A stretch of DNA of 64,000 nucleotides from Pecten maximus (GCF_902652985.1 NC_047016.1:2480001-2544000); one strand, 5' to 3'. Positions 24,950 through 38,760 are shown, counted from the stretch's first letter. The notes: generated from the sequence alone by a model not told the origin. A program made the numbers and translations.

Positions 24950-27684
24950 GAAAGGTCATTATTACCTCGGATTCATCTTCCTTAACTTTTGTAAGTATTG
25001 TCCCAATAAGTGAAAATGGTGGGGGAAATGTACACAAACTTATCCCATACAGAAGAAAGGGCATCCACTGCTTCAGCATATGGATCAGGTTTCCAAGAAA
25101 CATATCTTTATAATGGGTAGTTAAGTCTAGATGCGAATAAGTCTAGCTCAGGCATTTCCCAAATATTCAAAAGCATTTTGAAATGTTTTGATCTATTTTC
25201 CACTCTGTGTTATCATGGTCTAATCTGCACTCTGTTTCGGCCTCAATATGTGTACTACCAGGAATATGAGCAGCTGACAGCCATATATCTCTCACTACAC
25301 CACTCTCTCTACACCAATGTCAGATTTACCTGGCTAACAAATCACACTATGCATGTCTGCCACCCATATGATTAATGTTACCTATAGCTGTAGTGCTATC
25401 TAAGTTCATCCGTATGTGCATATTTTTGATTTATGCTGCTTTGAGTTCAGGATAGTTGATATGATCAATTAATAAACCTTTTGACCAATTACCACCAGTT
25501 TTTTGTCGAGTATCTGTCATGTATAACACTCCTCCTTTTTTGGAAGCATTAGACGCAAGAGTGACAACAGGTAGACCATGTGATTTGACATTTTTGGCTG
25601 TCATAATATTATCAATCCACCATTTTAAGTTTATTTTACTCTGTAAAGATAATTCTGTTTTTTACATTGTAATTGCCCTTATTCTGTTTAAGCGCAGTGA
25701 TTTTGTTTGCTTCCAGATGTCTATAATGTAACGGACCGTATTGCACTGTAGGAAAACTTGATACAAGTAAACCGATACATTGCGCAATTTCCTGAATAGT
25801 TAGTGTCCTACTACACAACAACTTGTCCTACAACACAAAAACTTTTGACATACATTTCAAATAGTGTCAGATTTCCTAGATGGTAAAGTAACTGTCATGG
25901 TCCTGAAGTTCAAAACAAACCCTAGATATTGTGTTGGTCCAAACACTGATTTTGTTGGATGTACTATAAAACCATCCTTGTCAGACAGTTAAACGGTTTC
26001 TTTAACATTTTGATGACATTCGCTAGCGAAGTACCTAACAATAAGGAATCGTCAATATATATGTATTCATATGACCCACCCATTTTTCTCAATTCCGAAA
26101 AAAATGGTTTGGTAATTTTTGTAAACATCCTAGGTGCTGATGACAAAGGTAAAATTATACTGATACAGCTTGCTTTAAAACGTGAATAGTAATATTTTTG
26201 GTAATCTTTGTGAACAGGGACTGAGTAATATAGGCATCCTTCTAATCAATTGGTGCCCTATAACAATCTTTTGTCATTAGATTCAGGACATTTTTAATGT
26301 ATCCATCTTGAAATGTCTATACACTATTGACTCATTTAAACTTTTTTCAGATTTAGTATAAGACGACAGGTAACATCCTTCTTAGGTCTCGTGCATATGT
26401 TTGATATATATATCCCCTGGACATGATCTACTTCTATAACTCCCTTTCTGAGAAGATTCTCAATCTCAGTTTTAATCATTACTTTTTAAGATTCTTTGGA
26501 TTCATAGTGTGGTACTATAAGGTCAGTGTGTCTATCTTTGATATTATCTGTCTCATTAAATTCAAGCTTGACACCCTTTTCTATTGTTTAGCAACATACA
26601 ATCAGTGGTCATTTTTGTCCATGATGACAGATGATCACATATACAACCTGCCAAGTTAACATATTTTGGCAATTCACTTTAAATTGTACTTATAAACTTG
26701 TCCAAATCTCTCTTACTATTCTCAACATCATACCGAGATTTTTTGAGATTTTGTTCTCGTAAGTTTAATCCACTTACCTCATCAACTGGGGACAGAGGTG
26801 TTTCTACTTCCAGTCTTGTGCCTGTCCCCGTTTTTGGTCTGTGTTGATTACCAAAACCACCTGTCTGGGGTCCTTTTCCTTGGTATTGAAACCCTTGGAA
26901 ACCACGTCGGTTTCGCTCATACGGTTGAAATCGTCCTCGGTGTCCACCATATTTCCCTCTGTATGAATACTTGGACTGGCCTTCATTTTTTACATAATAA
27001 TTCCCATATGAAGCTTGGGATGCAACCCGATTCGTTTCGCAGATCTCTTTCATAGATCGGTAAAGATCGTCTCCAAACAGTTGTGTAGTGACAGGATTGT
27101 TCGTAGAACAAAGAGATGAAAATTGGTTATTTAAGTCAGGCTTAATGAGCTCACACCTTTGTGGACTTGTGTCCTGAGAAGCAGTGCTAATTAGCACGAA
27201 ACTGTCCAGCGTAGATTTCATGACTTCATCCAAAACGGCTTTTACATTGTCGACGATGATCTCTTTCCGAGCCGAGGTTAATTTTTGGAGAGTTCTGACC
27301 AAAGGAACTAACCCTTTCAACATTTTGTACTGAGCTTTCTGAAAGCTCAGATCTCTACCTTTTGTGTTGTGACTAATCTTTCGCCATATTTCTGGGTTTG
27401 TTCTTGGCGCCTGTAAAATGGCAACGTTTGATGGGCGGAGATATTCGTCCATTTTTGCTTTCAGTTTTTCCTCATGCATGCGTTTTGACAGCATATCACA
27501 CAAAAGCTTTATACATTTTGTATAACATAGGTAAACAGCATATCAGTTTATGAATAAATACTCTCAGAATTGGCTCATTAATTAGCTATCGTATCTAATG
27601 ATAGTGCAATTCCATTATCGGATAGCCAATGAAATTGATTGAATCTGTAAGTGTAAGTATTATAAACTCTTATGCCACCATTGT

Positions 27685-28450
27685 TGCTATTTCTTCACAG
27701 ATATTGTTATGTCATCATCGTGACTATTTCTACACAGATATTGTTATGTCATCATCGTGACTATTTCTACACAGATATTTTCATGTCATCATCGTGACTA
27801 TTTCTACACAGATATTGTTATGTCATCATCGTGACTATTTCTACACAGATATTGTTATGTCATCATCGTGACTATTTCTACACATATATTGTTATGTCAT
27901 CATCGTGACTATTTCTACACAGATATTGTTATGTCATCATCGTGACTATTTCTACACATATATTGTTATGTCATCATCGTGACTATTTCTACACAGATAT
28001 TGTTATGTCATCATCGTGACTATTTCTACACATATATTGTTATGTCATCGTTATGGCTATTTCTACACATATATTGTTATGTCATCATCGTGACTATTTC
28101 TACACAGATATTGTTATGTCATCATTGTGACTATTTCTACGCAGATATTGTTATGTCATCATTGTGACTATTTCTACGCAGATATTGTTATGTCATCATT
28201 GTGACTATTTCTACACAGGTATTTTTATGTTGTCATTGTGACTATTTCTACACAGATATTTTCATGTCATCATTGTGGCTATTTCTACACATATATTGTT
28301 ATGTCATCATTGTGACTATTTCTACACATATATTGTTATGTCATCACCGTGGCTACTTCTACACAGATATTGTTATGTCATCACCGTGGCTACTTCTACA
28401 CATATATTGTTATGTCATCACCGTGGCTACTTCTACACAGATATTGTTAT
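27685..28450. repeat. 37 bp minisatellite, ~20 copies
   Basis: Unit GTGACTATTTCTACACAGATATTGTTATGTCATCATC. Confidence 0.95.
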
Positions 28451-29427
28451 CAAAATTTTAGGAGGATGTCCAATAACCCTATCACTCTATAATGTATATA
28501 TGCTATAAAAAGAAAACCACACAAACACTTGCCTGTTTGATGTAAACTTTATTTAGTTTCTTTTGGTAGAGTATATGACAGCATTTTAGTAACAACAACA
28601 AACAGAAACAGGATATGGAAACAAGCTGCCTGTTTAATCTAAACAAAAGCTGATTTTTTTACTGTATTTCATTCCGGATATCACTAACAATGTACCTACA
28701 TTGTACGTATAGTTCCATTGGGTACTGTTTAGATAAACCAGTAATATATCATTGATGTTTACCATATATACATGTTTAAATACTTGTACAGGTATGTACG
28801 TCATGATTGTTGTCTTTTTATGTATTGTCCATGCTCTTCATTTTGAAGGAAATAAATATGATAATTATTTTCACTTCTTTTTATAGGTTAACAAATATTT
28901 GTGCTGCCACCCTTCCCTAGTTACCGTGTCAGTTCCTGTACCATGTCATAAACATTAGTATGACAATGGTTTATAAGCGTTAAAGTTATATGTACCCGTC
29001 AGTAATATACCGGTGTATGACACGTGACCCGTAACCTATAAATACATAAGGTAAATATCGGTCGAGACCCGGTAGACAAAACACAAATTATATTATTCCA
29101 AATGTGAATCCGTTCCCGCTTTGATACTAATACTTAGAATTAACATTTCGTTCATTGGGATTAACTATTGAATGAAAAGTGGCTATTCTATAATCCAATC
29201 CGGACCGGAACCTGGTGTGGAAAAGGTCTCAATGTCACGGTATAACAGGGTTGTGTATTAGTCCTATCTAAACCTTGTATGACAGCATTGAATTGTTGAA
29301 CACCCGTCTACCCCTACTCACACAAATACACATCTGCTACAAAATACACTTACAAGTGTTCTTTTTTTTTACAGTTACGCAATAAAACTTCCTTCTCGTA
29401 AAAATGCACTACACTCGAGGACATTAA

Positions 29428-29683
29428 AGGGACTAAATGGCTAGATTTTCATTTAAATAACATATATAAAAGGGTATAAGATTTAAAATTATGTAAAAAC
29501 TTATGCACTCCGATACAAATAGCAAATGGCGACAGATACAACTTCCAGCGTTGTTCAGCGATAAACATGCCAATATTTCAAAAGAAATGCCTTAATTTTG
29601 TAAACAGTCTAATTCCAAGTACCACAACGCTTTCCGTAATCAAATGCATGAAGAAATTATTGAAATCTAACCATTAAGTTCCT
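29428..29683. mobile_element. Kolobok-type MITE (256 bp) with TTAA target-site duplication
   Basis: TTAA|AGGGACTAAATGGCTAGATTT ... AAATCTAACCATTAAGTTCCT|TTAA: imperfect ~21 bp TIRs with AG...CT termini. Confidence 0.75.
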
Positions 29684-29719
29684 TTAAAGCACAATTAAAT
29701 ACACAGCCTTTGAAGCCCT

Positions 29720-30030
29720 CGCACATTAGCACACTCACGACGTCAAACACGCGCACACACTAGCACACTCACGACGCCACACACGCGCACACACGCGCAC
29801 ACACTAGCACACTCATGACGCCACACACGCGCACACACTAGCACACTCACGACGCCACACACGCGCACACACTAGCACACTCACGACGCCACACACGCGC
29901 ACACACTAGCACACTCACGACGCCACACACGCGCACACACTAGCACACTCACGACGCCACACTAGCACACTCACGACGCCACACACGCGCACACACTAGC
30001 ACACTCACGACGCCACACACGCGCACACAC
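29720..30030. repeat. 34 bp CA-rich minisatellite
   Basis: Unit CACACTAGCACACTCACGACGCCACACACGCGCA. Confidence 0.9.
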
Positions 30031-30104
30031 ATGAACACACTTTTTCCAACCCAAAAATGTAGATATCATCCGATTGAGCGACACCAAAGAGTTCGTTATT
30101 TATG

Positions 30105-30310
30105 TGAATATTAATGATATTGAAGACGAGTTCCATTTTGTATCAGTATGTCCTTGTTTTGCAAATTTAAGAAATACATTCTTGAAACGGTATTATGTAT
30201 CCAAGTGTATACAAACTAGTGAACTTACTTTCTACAAATAGCTCTGAAGAATTGAGAAGTTTGGGAAATTATAGAAAGCTTGCTAATAAGACAAGGTTAG
30301 AATTACTACC
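30105..30310 (+). mobile_element. LINE ORF2 C-terminal (zinc-knuckle region) fragment
   Basis: Translates DIEDEFHFVSVCPCFANLRNTFLKRYY, the usual EDExHF..CP..LR motif of non-LTR ORF2 ends. Confidence 0.65.
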
Positions 30311-30711
30311 TCATAGAAATATGTTTATGTGTACACATACTTTTTAATATGTTAGGTACATAATAATAAATACATGATTTTTTATATGTAATTACATAAT
30401 TATAAGTACATGGAACTATGATGTAACGAACATTATATTATATCAGGCGTTCTACGGCTGAACCTGTATATAAGTATATATATACACACAAAACACACGC
30501 CCTCCCACACAGTATTTAATGCACAACACTAAAGAATATTAATAATAATTCCTCACTGTAAATATTCATTACATACCTTCTGTACGTGTGTACATTCTAA
30601 TATAAAAAAAACAGTTTACGAAATCCTCACGTGTCCGGAATATTCCTTTTAAGAACAAAGATGGAATATATTGGGATAATAAAGTAAAATAGCACGTTGG
30701 ATATAACATGT

Positions 30712-31448
30712 AGTTACGGAACAGTAACCTAGTGACATTACGTTTAGGTGGAGTACGATTTAGTTAGCAACAGTAACCTAGTGACATTACGTTTAGGTGG
30801 AGTACGGTTTAGTTAGCAACAGTAACCTAGTGACATCACGTTTAGGTGGAGTACGGTTTAGTTAGCAACAGTAACCTAGTGACATCACGTTTAGGTGGAG
30901 TACGGTTTAGTTAGCAACAGTAACCTAGTGACATTACGTTTAGATGAAGTACGGTTTAGTTAGCAACAGTAACCCAGTGACATTACGTTTAGTTGGAGTA
31001 CGGTTTAGTTAGCAACAGTAACCTAGTGACATTACGTTTAGGTGGAGTACGGTTTAGTTAGTAACAGTAACCTAGTGACATAACGTTTAGTTGGAGCACG
31101 GTTTAGTTAGCAACAGTAACCTAGTGACATTACGTTTAGGTGGAGTACGGTTTAGTTAGCAACAGTAACCTAGTGACATCACGTTTATATGGAGTACGGT
31201 TTAGTTAGCAACAGTAACCTAGTGACATTACGTTTAGGTGGAGAATGTTTTAGTTAGCAACATTAACCTAGTGACATTACGTTTAGGTGGAGTATGGTCT
31301 AGTTAGCAACAGTAACCTAGTGACATTACGTTTAGATGAAGTACGGTTTAGTTAGCAACAGTAACCCAGTGACATTACGTTTAGATGAAGTACGTTTTAG
31401 TTAGCAACAGTAACCTAGTGACATTACGTTTAGGTGGAGCACGTTTTA
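30712..31448. repeat. 49 bp minisatellite, ~15 copies
   Basis: Unit GTTAGCAACAGTAACCTAGTGACATTACGTTTAGGTGGAGTACGGTTTA. Confidence 0.95.
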
Positions 31449-33295
31449 GATTAAAAAATATCATATTACAACTATGAATAATTCAATTCGGATCAAATAC
31501 TGATCGAGTTTTTGTAAGTGATACCTGGTTTAAATTATTTGATTTATTTTAATGCTATCAGGTATCACCCTTTGTATACTATACGTATCTTCTCTAAATC
31601 ATATACTCCCAGTCCCTTACACAACAAAGTACGTCGGGGACTTGTAATTATGTTGGTTTGTCACAGGTATACCTCGCTAACGTCACTCTACTCACTGAAA
31701 GCCTGTAACTAATATCATAACACCGTTTATAAATTCACCATTATGTGTTAAATAGGTCAAACCTTAAAGTACTTGTTTTTGGTCTGTTTTAAACTCTCGG
31801 TCATTAGCCTGGCTCCGCCTGCACCTGTACATGTACCGGATACGTTTGTAATTACCTAAGCGGCCATTATAATCTGACCAGCGTATCATTGAAGACAAGC
31901 TTTGATGAATTGAAATTATTGACATTAAATGAAAAATATGTTAAATGGATGCAAAACTAGTAATTTGATATTATAATTGTGAGTGTATAAACCGTTGACA
32001 TTTAAACTCCAGTGAGGATTGGGTCGGTGCCGTGTGTTTACGATCACGATATAATCGGGAACGTTTCAGTTTCCATTGTTCTCCTTTTGGTAACATAATG
32101 ATATTTAACGAATGCATTTAAAATAATGTATGGCCAAATTCTCAAAGCATATTAGGAAAGCACCACCAATCTTCCAAACGTTTGAATTATTCAATAGTAC
32201 GAGTACAATATAATCCGGCTCAGGATTATAGTGATCCGGTTAGCTGGTTGGTAAGGCGGGTGGCGAGATACACTTTAAGACCACTTAGACACAGCACGTG
32301 CAACGGATAGACTAATCTCCCTGTTGTTGGTTAATAGACAACAGTAAATGGCTAAATTCCGTGAAGGACATTGGTTTGAAATGTAAAGTAAGTCAGTTCT
32401 CGTGCTATACTACGTACGTACCACCACTGTCCAGTACTGGTCAGCAGGTACACGTTGTCTGGAATCCACTCTGTCCAGTTGGACTACTCACAACAGTAAG
32501 TAAACTTTTATTGTATTTACAAGATTTAACCCTGGGCCTACTGTGCCTACATTTATGTGTAAAGAGAGAAGATTTAGTAGAATGTTATATTATAATATTA
32601 CATCATTTACGAACACATTCCCGAGTACTTTATGTCACATGAACGCGAAGTGATGTTGCTTCACATTTGGGGTAACGTTTAGTATCGACGTGTTGGAGAG
32701 GCGTGTGAGGTCAGACGTATAAAAAGGGAGATATGTGACGTTGATTATGTGAATACGGAAAGGTTTGACTTCATGGGTGAGATGACGGGGATGTTTGACG
32801 TTAAATATGTGATGACGTGATATCTGTGCCGACAGAGATGTTTTGACGTGTGATGTACTGTACTCGCCTGTCAGACTAACACCTTACCCAAAGTACCCAT
32901 GGGAGATGATATATTAGTAGTATCGTTCGTACAGTACATGTGTCTTTAGAGTTGAAGATCGACTTTGTTGTAAGTACAGTAACTGGTATGTCTGAGAGGG
33001 TGTATGTGTGAGGGTATTGTTTTGGCTTTAATTAGGTCCAATATGCATTCATAACGAAAGAGTGTTTGACAAAAAAAAAGGGTTTTCTATGTGATATGTA
33101 CTATTTGGGATAACACTGTCTGAGGTGCTCGCGTACTGGTGTATGTGTCCATGAAGGTGGGGAGGTTGCTGTCTTGTTCTCCGGTGGATTGTGTAGGGGT
33201 TGACGAAATTATTAATTGTCTTTTGGTACGAATCTCAAATTTATCTTCATCATTACAGATGTTTATTTGACGTGGAGACAAAACCGGAAGTGAAT

Positions 33296-34339
33296 ATGGC
33301 ACTTCTGCTACTTAAAACGAATGACCCCTCGTGGCAGGACCGGACGGTCAATGTGGAAGTGATGCTCGCGCCGGCCAGGAATCAGCTCCTCATGAATAAA
33401 CACAAAACGCTTGGTAGTAAGTGTCTGAAGGCACAGCGTCTTTACGAGAAAGAGCGGGAATCCATGCTGAAGAACATACTTATTGAGAAGCGGATAATGG
33501 AGAGAAAGAATCAGGCATTGTTGAGGAAGAAATCGGATATAATGATGAATCGTGTGTCCTCTGGTGTGTCTTCTCACAGACAAAATACTACAGCCGTCCT
33601 CAAACTGCCCTCAAAACGGGGCGGGTCGGCCCCAGCAAAGATCGGCTGGCCTGATAAAAATCCCAGTGAAAGCGTGTTTTTAACGGAAGTGTCTGGAGAG
33701 ACTCGTTCTCAATCTGTAACCACAACGGAAATATCAGGAGAGTCTCGATCCCAATCCGTAGCCATACCGGAAAAGGACAAACAATGGGGCGTAACTCCAT
33801 CCCCTTCTCATGGTAATCTCAGTATGCAGGTTGCCGGCTCGGCCTCTCAGCTATCGGCATCATCGCGTCGAGTAATCTCGCCTTTCGGACCTAAACGTTC
33901 TTCGAGAAGAATCAAGTCTGTGAGGTTTGACGACAACCGTCTTCCTGAAAATCAGCAAACAGATACATATTCCCGCCAATCAAATGTAAGCGGCTTAGTA
34001 GAACAATTCGTGAAGACTCAGGTTGAGTTCAATAAGCGACCACCGATAGGTAGTGCTGAACAATACAGGGTAAATAATAGATCTGGATCAAACACACCGC
34101 TAATCGCCAAGAGATACTCCACTCTTTCGGTAAACAACGATAAACTCATTAACGCGTTTGATAACTTCTGTTTAGACAGGAACAAGGAAGACTTCCAAAA
34201 ACTCGTGCGGATGGCTTCAAAACTGAAATCATCAGCCAAATTGGCTCGGAACCAATCGGTGGTTCCTGCTGTAGCGGCTCTGCGGTCTGGAAAAGTGTTT
34301 ATAGACCAGATTAGGAAACCCGAGACAGTGCAATCATAG
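33296..34339 (+). CDS. Uncharacterised basic 347 aa protein, single coding exon; paralog B
   Basis: Acceptor tcttcatcattacAG at 33258 and ATG at 33296 (MALLLLKTNDP...). Shares LLKT-D, N(V/I)EVMLAP-R--LLMNKHKTL and LI--FD-FC...KLV(R/K)MA-K(L/M)K with paralog A. Confidence 0.9.
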   Translation: MALLLLKTNDPSWQDRTVNVEVMLAPARNQLLMNKHKTLGSKCLKAQRLYEKERESMLKNILIEKRIMERKNQALLRKKSDIMMNRVSSGVSSHRQNTTAVLKLPSKRGGSAPAKIGWPDKNPSESVFLTEVSGETRSQSVTTTEISGESRSQSVAIPEKDKQWGVTPSPSHGNLSMQVAGSASQLSASSRRVISPFGPKRSSRRIKSVRFDDNRLPENQQTDTYSRQSNVSGLVEQFVKTQVEFNKRPPIGSAEQYRVNNRSGSNTPLIAKRYSTLSVNNDKLINAFDNFCLDRNKEDFQKLVRMASKLKSSAKLARNQSVVPAVAALRSGKVFIDQIRKPETVQS

Positions 34340-34364
34340 GGTTAAAGTAAAGTGTTTATTATTA

Positions 34365-35785
34365 TGTTACAGTGTGGACGAATCATCTGGTGTTACACTT
34401 TGGACGAGTTATCTGGTGATGTGTTACACTTTGGACGAGTTGTCTGGTGATGTGTTACACTTTGGACGAGTTGTCTGGTGATATGTTACTGTATGGACGA
34501 GTTGTCTGGTGATATGTTACTGTATGGACGAGTTGTCTGGTGACATGTTACTGTATGGACGAGTTGTCTGGTGATATGTTACTGTATGGACGAGTTGTCT
34601 GGTGACATGTTACTGTATGGACGAGTTATCTGGTGATGTGTTACTGTATGGACGAGTTGTCTGGTGACATGTTACTGTATAGACGAGTTGTCTGGTGATG
34701 TGTTTTGTATGGACGAGTTGGCTGGTGACATGTAACTGTATGGACGAGTTGTCTGGTGATGTGTTACTGTATGGACGAGTTAGCTGGTGATGTGTTACTG
34801 TATGAACGAGTTGTCTGGTGATGTGTGACTGTATGGACGAGTTGGCTGGTAATGTGTTGCTGTATGGACGAGTTGGCTGGTGATGTGTTACTGTATGAAC
34901 CAGTTGTCTGGTGATGTGTTACTGTATGGACCAGTTGGCTGGTGACATGTTACTGTATGGACGAGTTGGCTGGTGATGTGTTAGTGTATGGACGAGTTAT
35001 CTGGTGACCTGTTACTGTATGGACGAGTTGGCTGGTGATGTGTTACTGTATGGAAGAGTTATCTGGTGATGTGTTAGTGTATGGACGAGTTATCTGGTGA
35101 CCTGTTACTATATTGAGGTGTTGTCTAGTGACATGTTACTGTATGAAGGTGTTGTTTAGTGACATGTTACTGTATGGAGGTGATGTTAAGTGACATGTTA
35201 CTGTATGGAGGTGATGTTTAGTGACATGTTACTGTATGGAGGTGTTGTCTAGTGACCTGTTACTGTATGGAGGTGTTGTCTAGTGACCTGTTACTGTATG
35301 GAGGTGTTGTCTAGTGACCTGTTACTGTATGGAGGTGTTGTCTAGTGACATGTTACTGTATGGAGGTTTAGTGACATGTTACTGTATGGAGGTTTAGTGA
35401 CATGTTACTGTATGGAGGTTTAGTGACATGTTACTGTATGGAGGTTTAGTGACATGTTACTGTATGGAGGTTTAGTGTTATGTTACTGTATGGAGGTGTT
35501 GTCTAGTGACATGATACTGTATGGAGGTGTTGTCTAGTGACATGTTACTGTATGGAGGTGTTGTCTAGTGACATGTTTCTGCATGGAGGTGTTGTTTAGT
35601 GTTATGTTACTGTATGGAGGTGTTGTCTAGTGACCTGTTACTGTATGGAGGTGTTGTCTAGTGACCTGTTACTGTATGGAGGTGTTGTTTAGTGACCTGT
35701 TACTGTATGGAGGTGCTGTCTGGTGTTGTTACTGTATGGAGGTGTTGTTTAGTGACCTGTTACTGTATGAACGTGTTGTCTAGAC
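34365..35785. repeat. ~31 bp minisatellite just 3' of the paralog B stop codon; the unit type changes along the array
   Basis: TGTTACTGTATGGACGAGTTGTCTGGTGATG changes to TGTTACTGTATGGAGGTGTTGTCTAGTGACA near 35100. Confidence 0.95.
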
Positions 35786-35974
35786 GTGGCCCATTAGCAT
35801 ACGTGTAATTACCATACATTTATTCAGGTATATTTTCCGGTTTAAAATATTATTTGCAATTGAATTATTTTAATAAACATATATTAATCTGCCCCTTTAT
35901 CCATGTTTTTGACTGCCATGTGTGGAAGTGAAATAATGTGGCGTTTACTACATCAATAACTGCTTTACTATTAC

Positions 35975-36998
35975 TGTTTAACGTCCTAACAACATAATAA
36001 AGCAATGTTAGGACGGGCCTTATTGAGTTTAACGTCCTAGCAACAAAACAAGGTAATGTAAGGACGAGCCTTATTGAGGTTAACGTCCTAACAATACAAT
36101 AAGGTAATGTAAGGACGGGCCTTATTGAGGTTAACGTCCTAACAACACAATAAGGTAATGTTGGGACGGGCCTTATTGAGGTTAACGTCCTAACAACACA
36201 ATAAGGTAATGTTAGGACGGGCCTTATTGTGTTGAACGTCCTAACAATACAATAAGGTAATGTAAGGACGGGACTTATTAAGTTTAACGTCCTAACAACA
36301 CAAAAAGGAAATGTAAGGACGGGCCTTATTGAGTTTAACGTCCTAACAACACAATAAGGAAATGTAAGGACGGGCCTTATTGAGTTTAACATCCTAACAA
36401 CACAATAAGGTAATGTAAGGACGGGCCTTATTGAGTTTAACGTCCATACAACACAATAAGGTAATGTAAGGACGGGCCTTATTGAGTTTAACATCCTAAC
36501 AACACAATAAGGTAATGTAAGGACGGGCCTTATTGAGTTTAACGTCCTAACAATACAATAAAGTAATGTAAGGACGGGCCTTATTGAGCTAACGTCCTAA
36601 CAATACAATAAGGTAATGTAAGGACGGGCCTTATTGAGCTAACGTCCTAACAATACAATAAGGTAATGTAAGGACATGCCGTATTGAGTTTAACGTCCTA
36701 ACAACACAATAAGGTAATGTAAGGACGGGCTTTATTGAGTTTAACGTCCTAACAATACAATAAGGTAAGGTAAGGACAGGCCTTATTGAATTTAACGTCC
36801 TAACAATACAATAAGGTAAGGTAAGGACAGGCCTTATTGAATTTAACGTCCTAACAATACAATAAGGTAATGCAAGGACAGGCCTTATTGAGTTTAACGT
36901 CCTAACAACACAATAAGGTAACGTAAGGACGGGCCTTATTGAATTTAACGTCCTAACAATACAATAAGGTAATGTAAGGACGGGCCTTATTGAATTTA
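35975..36998. repeat. 51 bp minisatellite, ~20 copies
   Basis: Unit GTTTAACGTCCTAACAACACAATAAGGTAATGTAAGGACGGGCCTTATTGA, with an internal AATAAGG/CCTTATT inverted pair. Confidence 0.95.
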
Positions 36999-38489
36999 AT
37001 ATAAAGAACTGAATCTCCAATCTGATGCTGACAGCGGATTCTTTAGAAACTTGTTTTAACGTCGCATACATATAAAGAAAGAACACAAGCTCGTGCGAGC
37101 TATTGTTGAGACAAACATATGTATGGTTGGGAAGCCCCTACCTACCGTACTCTCTGACTTAATTAAATAAGTATTTATATAATAATCCGAATTTTTATGT
37201 TAATGACCGTAGCGACTAAACAACAACAGTTCTGAATACATAATGACAAAATTAGATGATCTGACCACACGGGAACATTGTACGATGTTTACTTGCCGAA
37301 ATATACGGAATTTAATTCCAATCCAAACCGCCTCACAGCTTCTGGTCACCATCTTTGTTCAAATCAAAGCATCTGTGCGTTTGAAAAAGTCAGTAATGCA
37401 AAGCTTCTGAACGATCTTGTAATGCAAATTTTAAGATTATAATAGAAACGAAATATGAATTTTAAAATAATCTAATTTCAATTACTTATGCTTTAGGTTA
37501 GCGAATCGTAGCAATTATTTACGATGGAACTTTAATGTTGCACTCAATACTGATCACAATATTTCTATTCAGACGTTTTTTTTATTTCTTTCACTTTATT
37601 TCATTTTAAGTGTTGATTTAGATTTCCCAATAAATTCGCCGGAAATGAATTTGATGACGTAACCGGAAGCTCACATGCTATTAGAATGTGACCCGGAAAA
37701 CATGACGATAATAAAAGAAGTTCTTGAACATTACCGGATTATTTTCGCATTTTTAAGACACCAATGTGCTAAAATACAACGGAAGGTAACACTGTTTTTG
37801 TTCATAGCTATCGTATCAAGTAAAACGAACAGTTATTGCGAAAATAGAAGTATTTGCTTCACCTAGTTGGGCTAGACCTACTTTCTTTTTCCAGTTTACA
37901 GATATGATCATATTAAATAATTCATCTTCTCAACCATAGTCGATCTAATTACTTATCCGCGGGATTTTTCTTTTAAGAATATTTGTACTTCTCATATACA
38001 GTGCATCTTTGTTTAAAATTGACTGGTCTACAGGTCTGATCTGACTCCCTCAGCTGACCCCGACCACAGGGCCACGTTACTATCGTATCCTTTTGTAAAC
38101 ACCTCATAATAAATGTATCAACGGCAGAATCGTCTGGATTACTACAATTTTTACCTTTTAAATACTTTAATATATAAATACTTATTACCGGTTAGCTTGT
38201 AAATAAATAAATACATGATTAAATGAATAACAAATAGAAAGTTTCCTGAAATAAGGCTACATGTAAAAAGTAAAAAGTAAAAATTTTAAAAAATAAATAA
38301 AATGCCTATAGACATGGCCAAAGCAAACAACCGGAAGACTCATGATTTGCAGATATTGCACAAACAGATGGGACCATCCCAGGAGTGGACCAGTCTCCTG
38401 AATACCCTGAAGTTTTCTACTCTTTGAAAGTCATTGGGAGACTTTTCCACACCCGAGCGGCCTCAGAAGCAAATGACTTTTGTTTACTT

Positions 38490-38760
38490 CATACCTCACA
38501 GTGTTTACCGACTTTTGACCATACCTCACAGTGTTTACCCCATACCTCACAATGTTTACCGACTTTTGACCATACCTCACAGTGTTTACCGACTTTTGAC
38601 CATACCTCACAGTGTTTACCGACTTTTGACCATACCTCACAGTGTTTACCGACTTTTGACCGTACCTCACAGTGTTTACCGACTTTTGACCATACCTCAC
38701 AGTGTTTACCGACTTTTGACCATACCTCACAGTGTTTACCCCATATCTCACAGTGTTTAC
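38490..38760. repeat. 30 bp minisatellite
   Basis: Unit CATACCTCACAGTGTTTACCGACTTTTGAC. Confidence 0.9.

Larger units (their letters stand above)
24227..27510 (-). mobile_element. Decayed DIRS1-like tyrosine-recombinase retrotransposon (gag, RT, RNase H, MT, truncated YR)
   Basis: gag-like ORF 26679-27503 (YLRPSN..APRTNPEIW..DLSFQKAQ); RT motifs SSAPRMFTK and YIDD; MT-like DLFASRLN, FPPPFSLIG, PIWTTQTWFP and LMACRLSG; YR N-terminus SSWRPGIQKQY and GLGYSTINTSRSSL. Many frameshifts. Confidence 0.9.

Noticed and set aside
26679-27503. Host gene
   Set aside because: It is the gag-like ORF of the DIRS element, collinear with the RT, MT and YR remnants.
33200-33295. N-terminal extension of paralog B
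   Set aside because: It starts at a non-ATG codon upstream of the acceptor at 33258, and homology with paralog A begins at ATG 33296.
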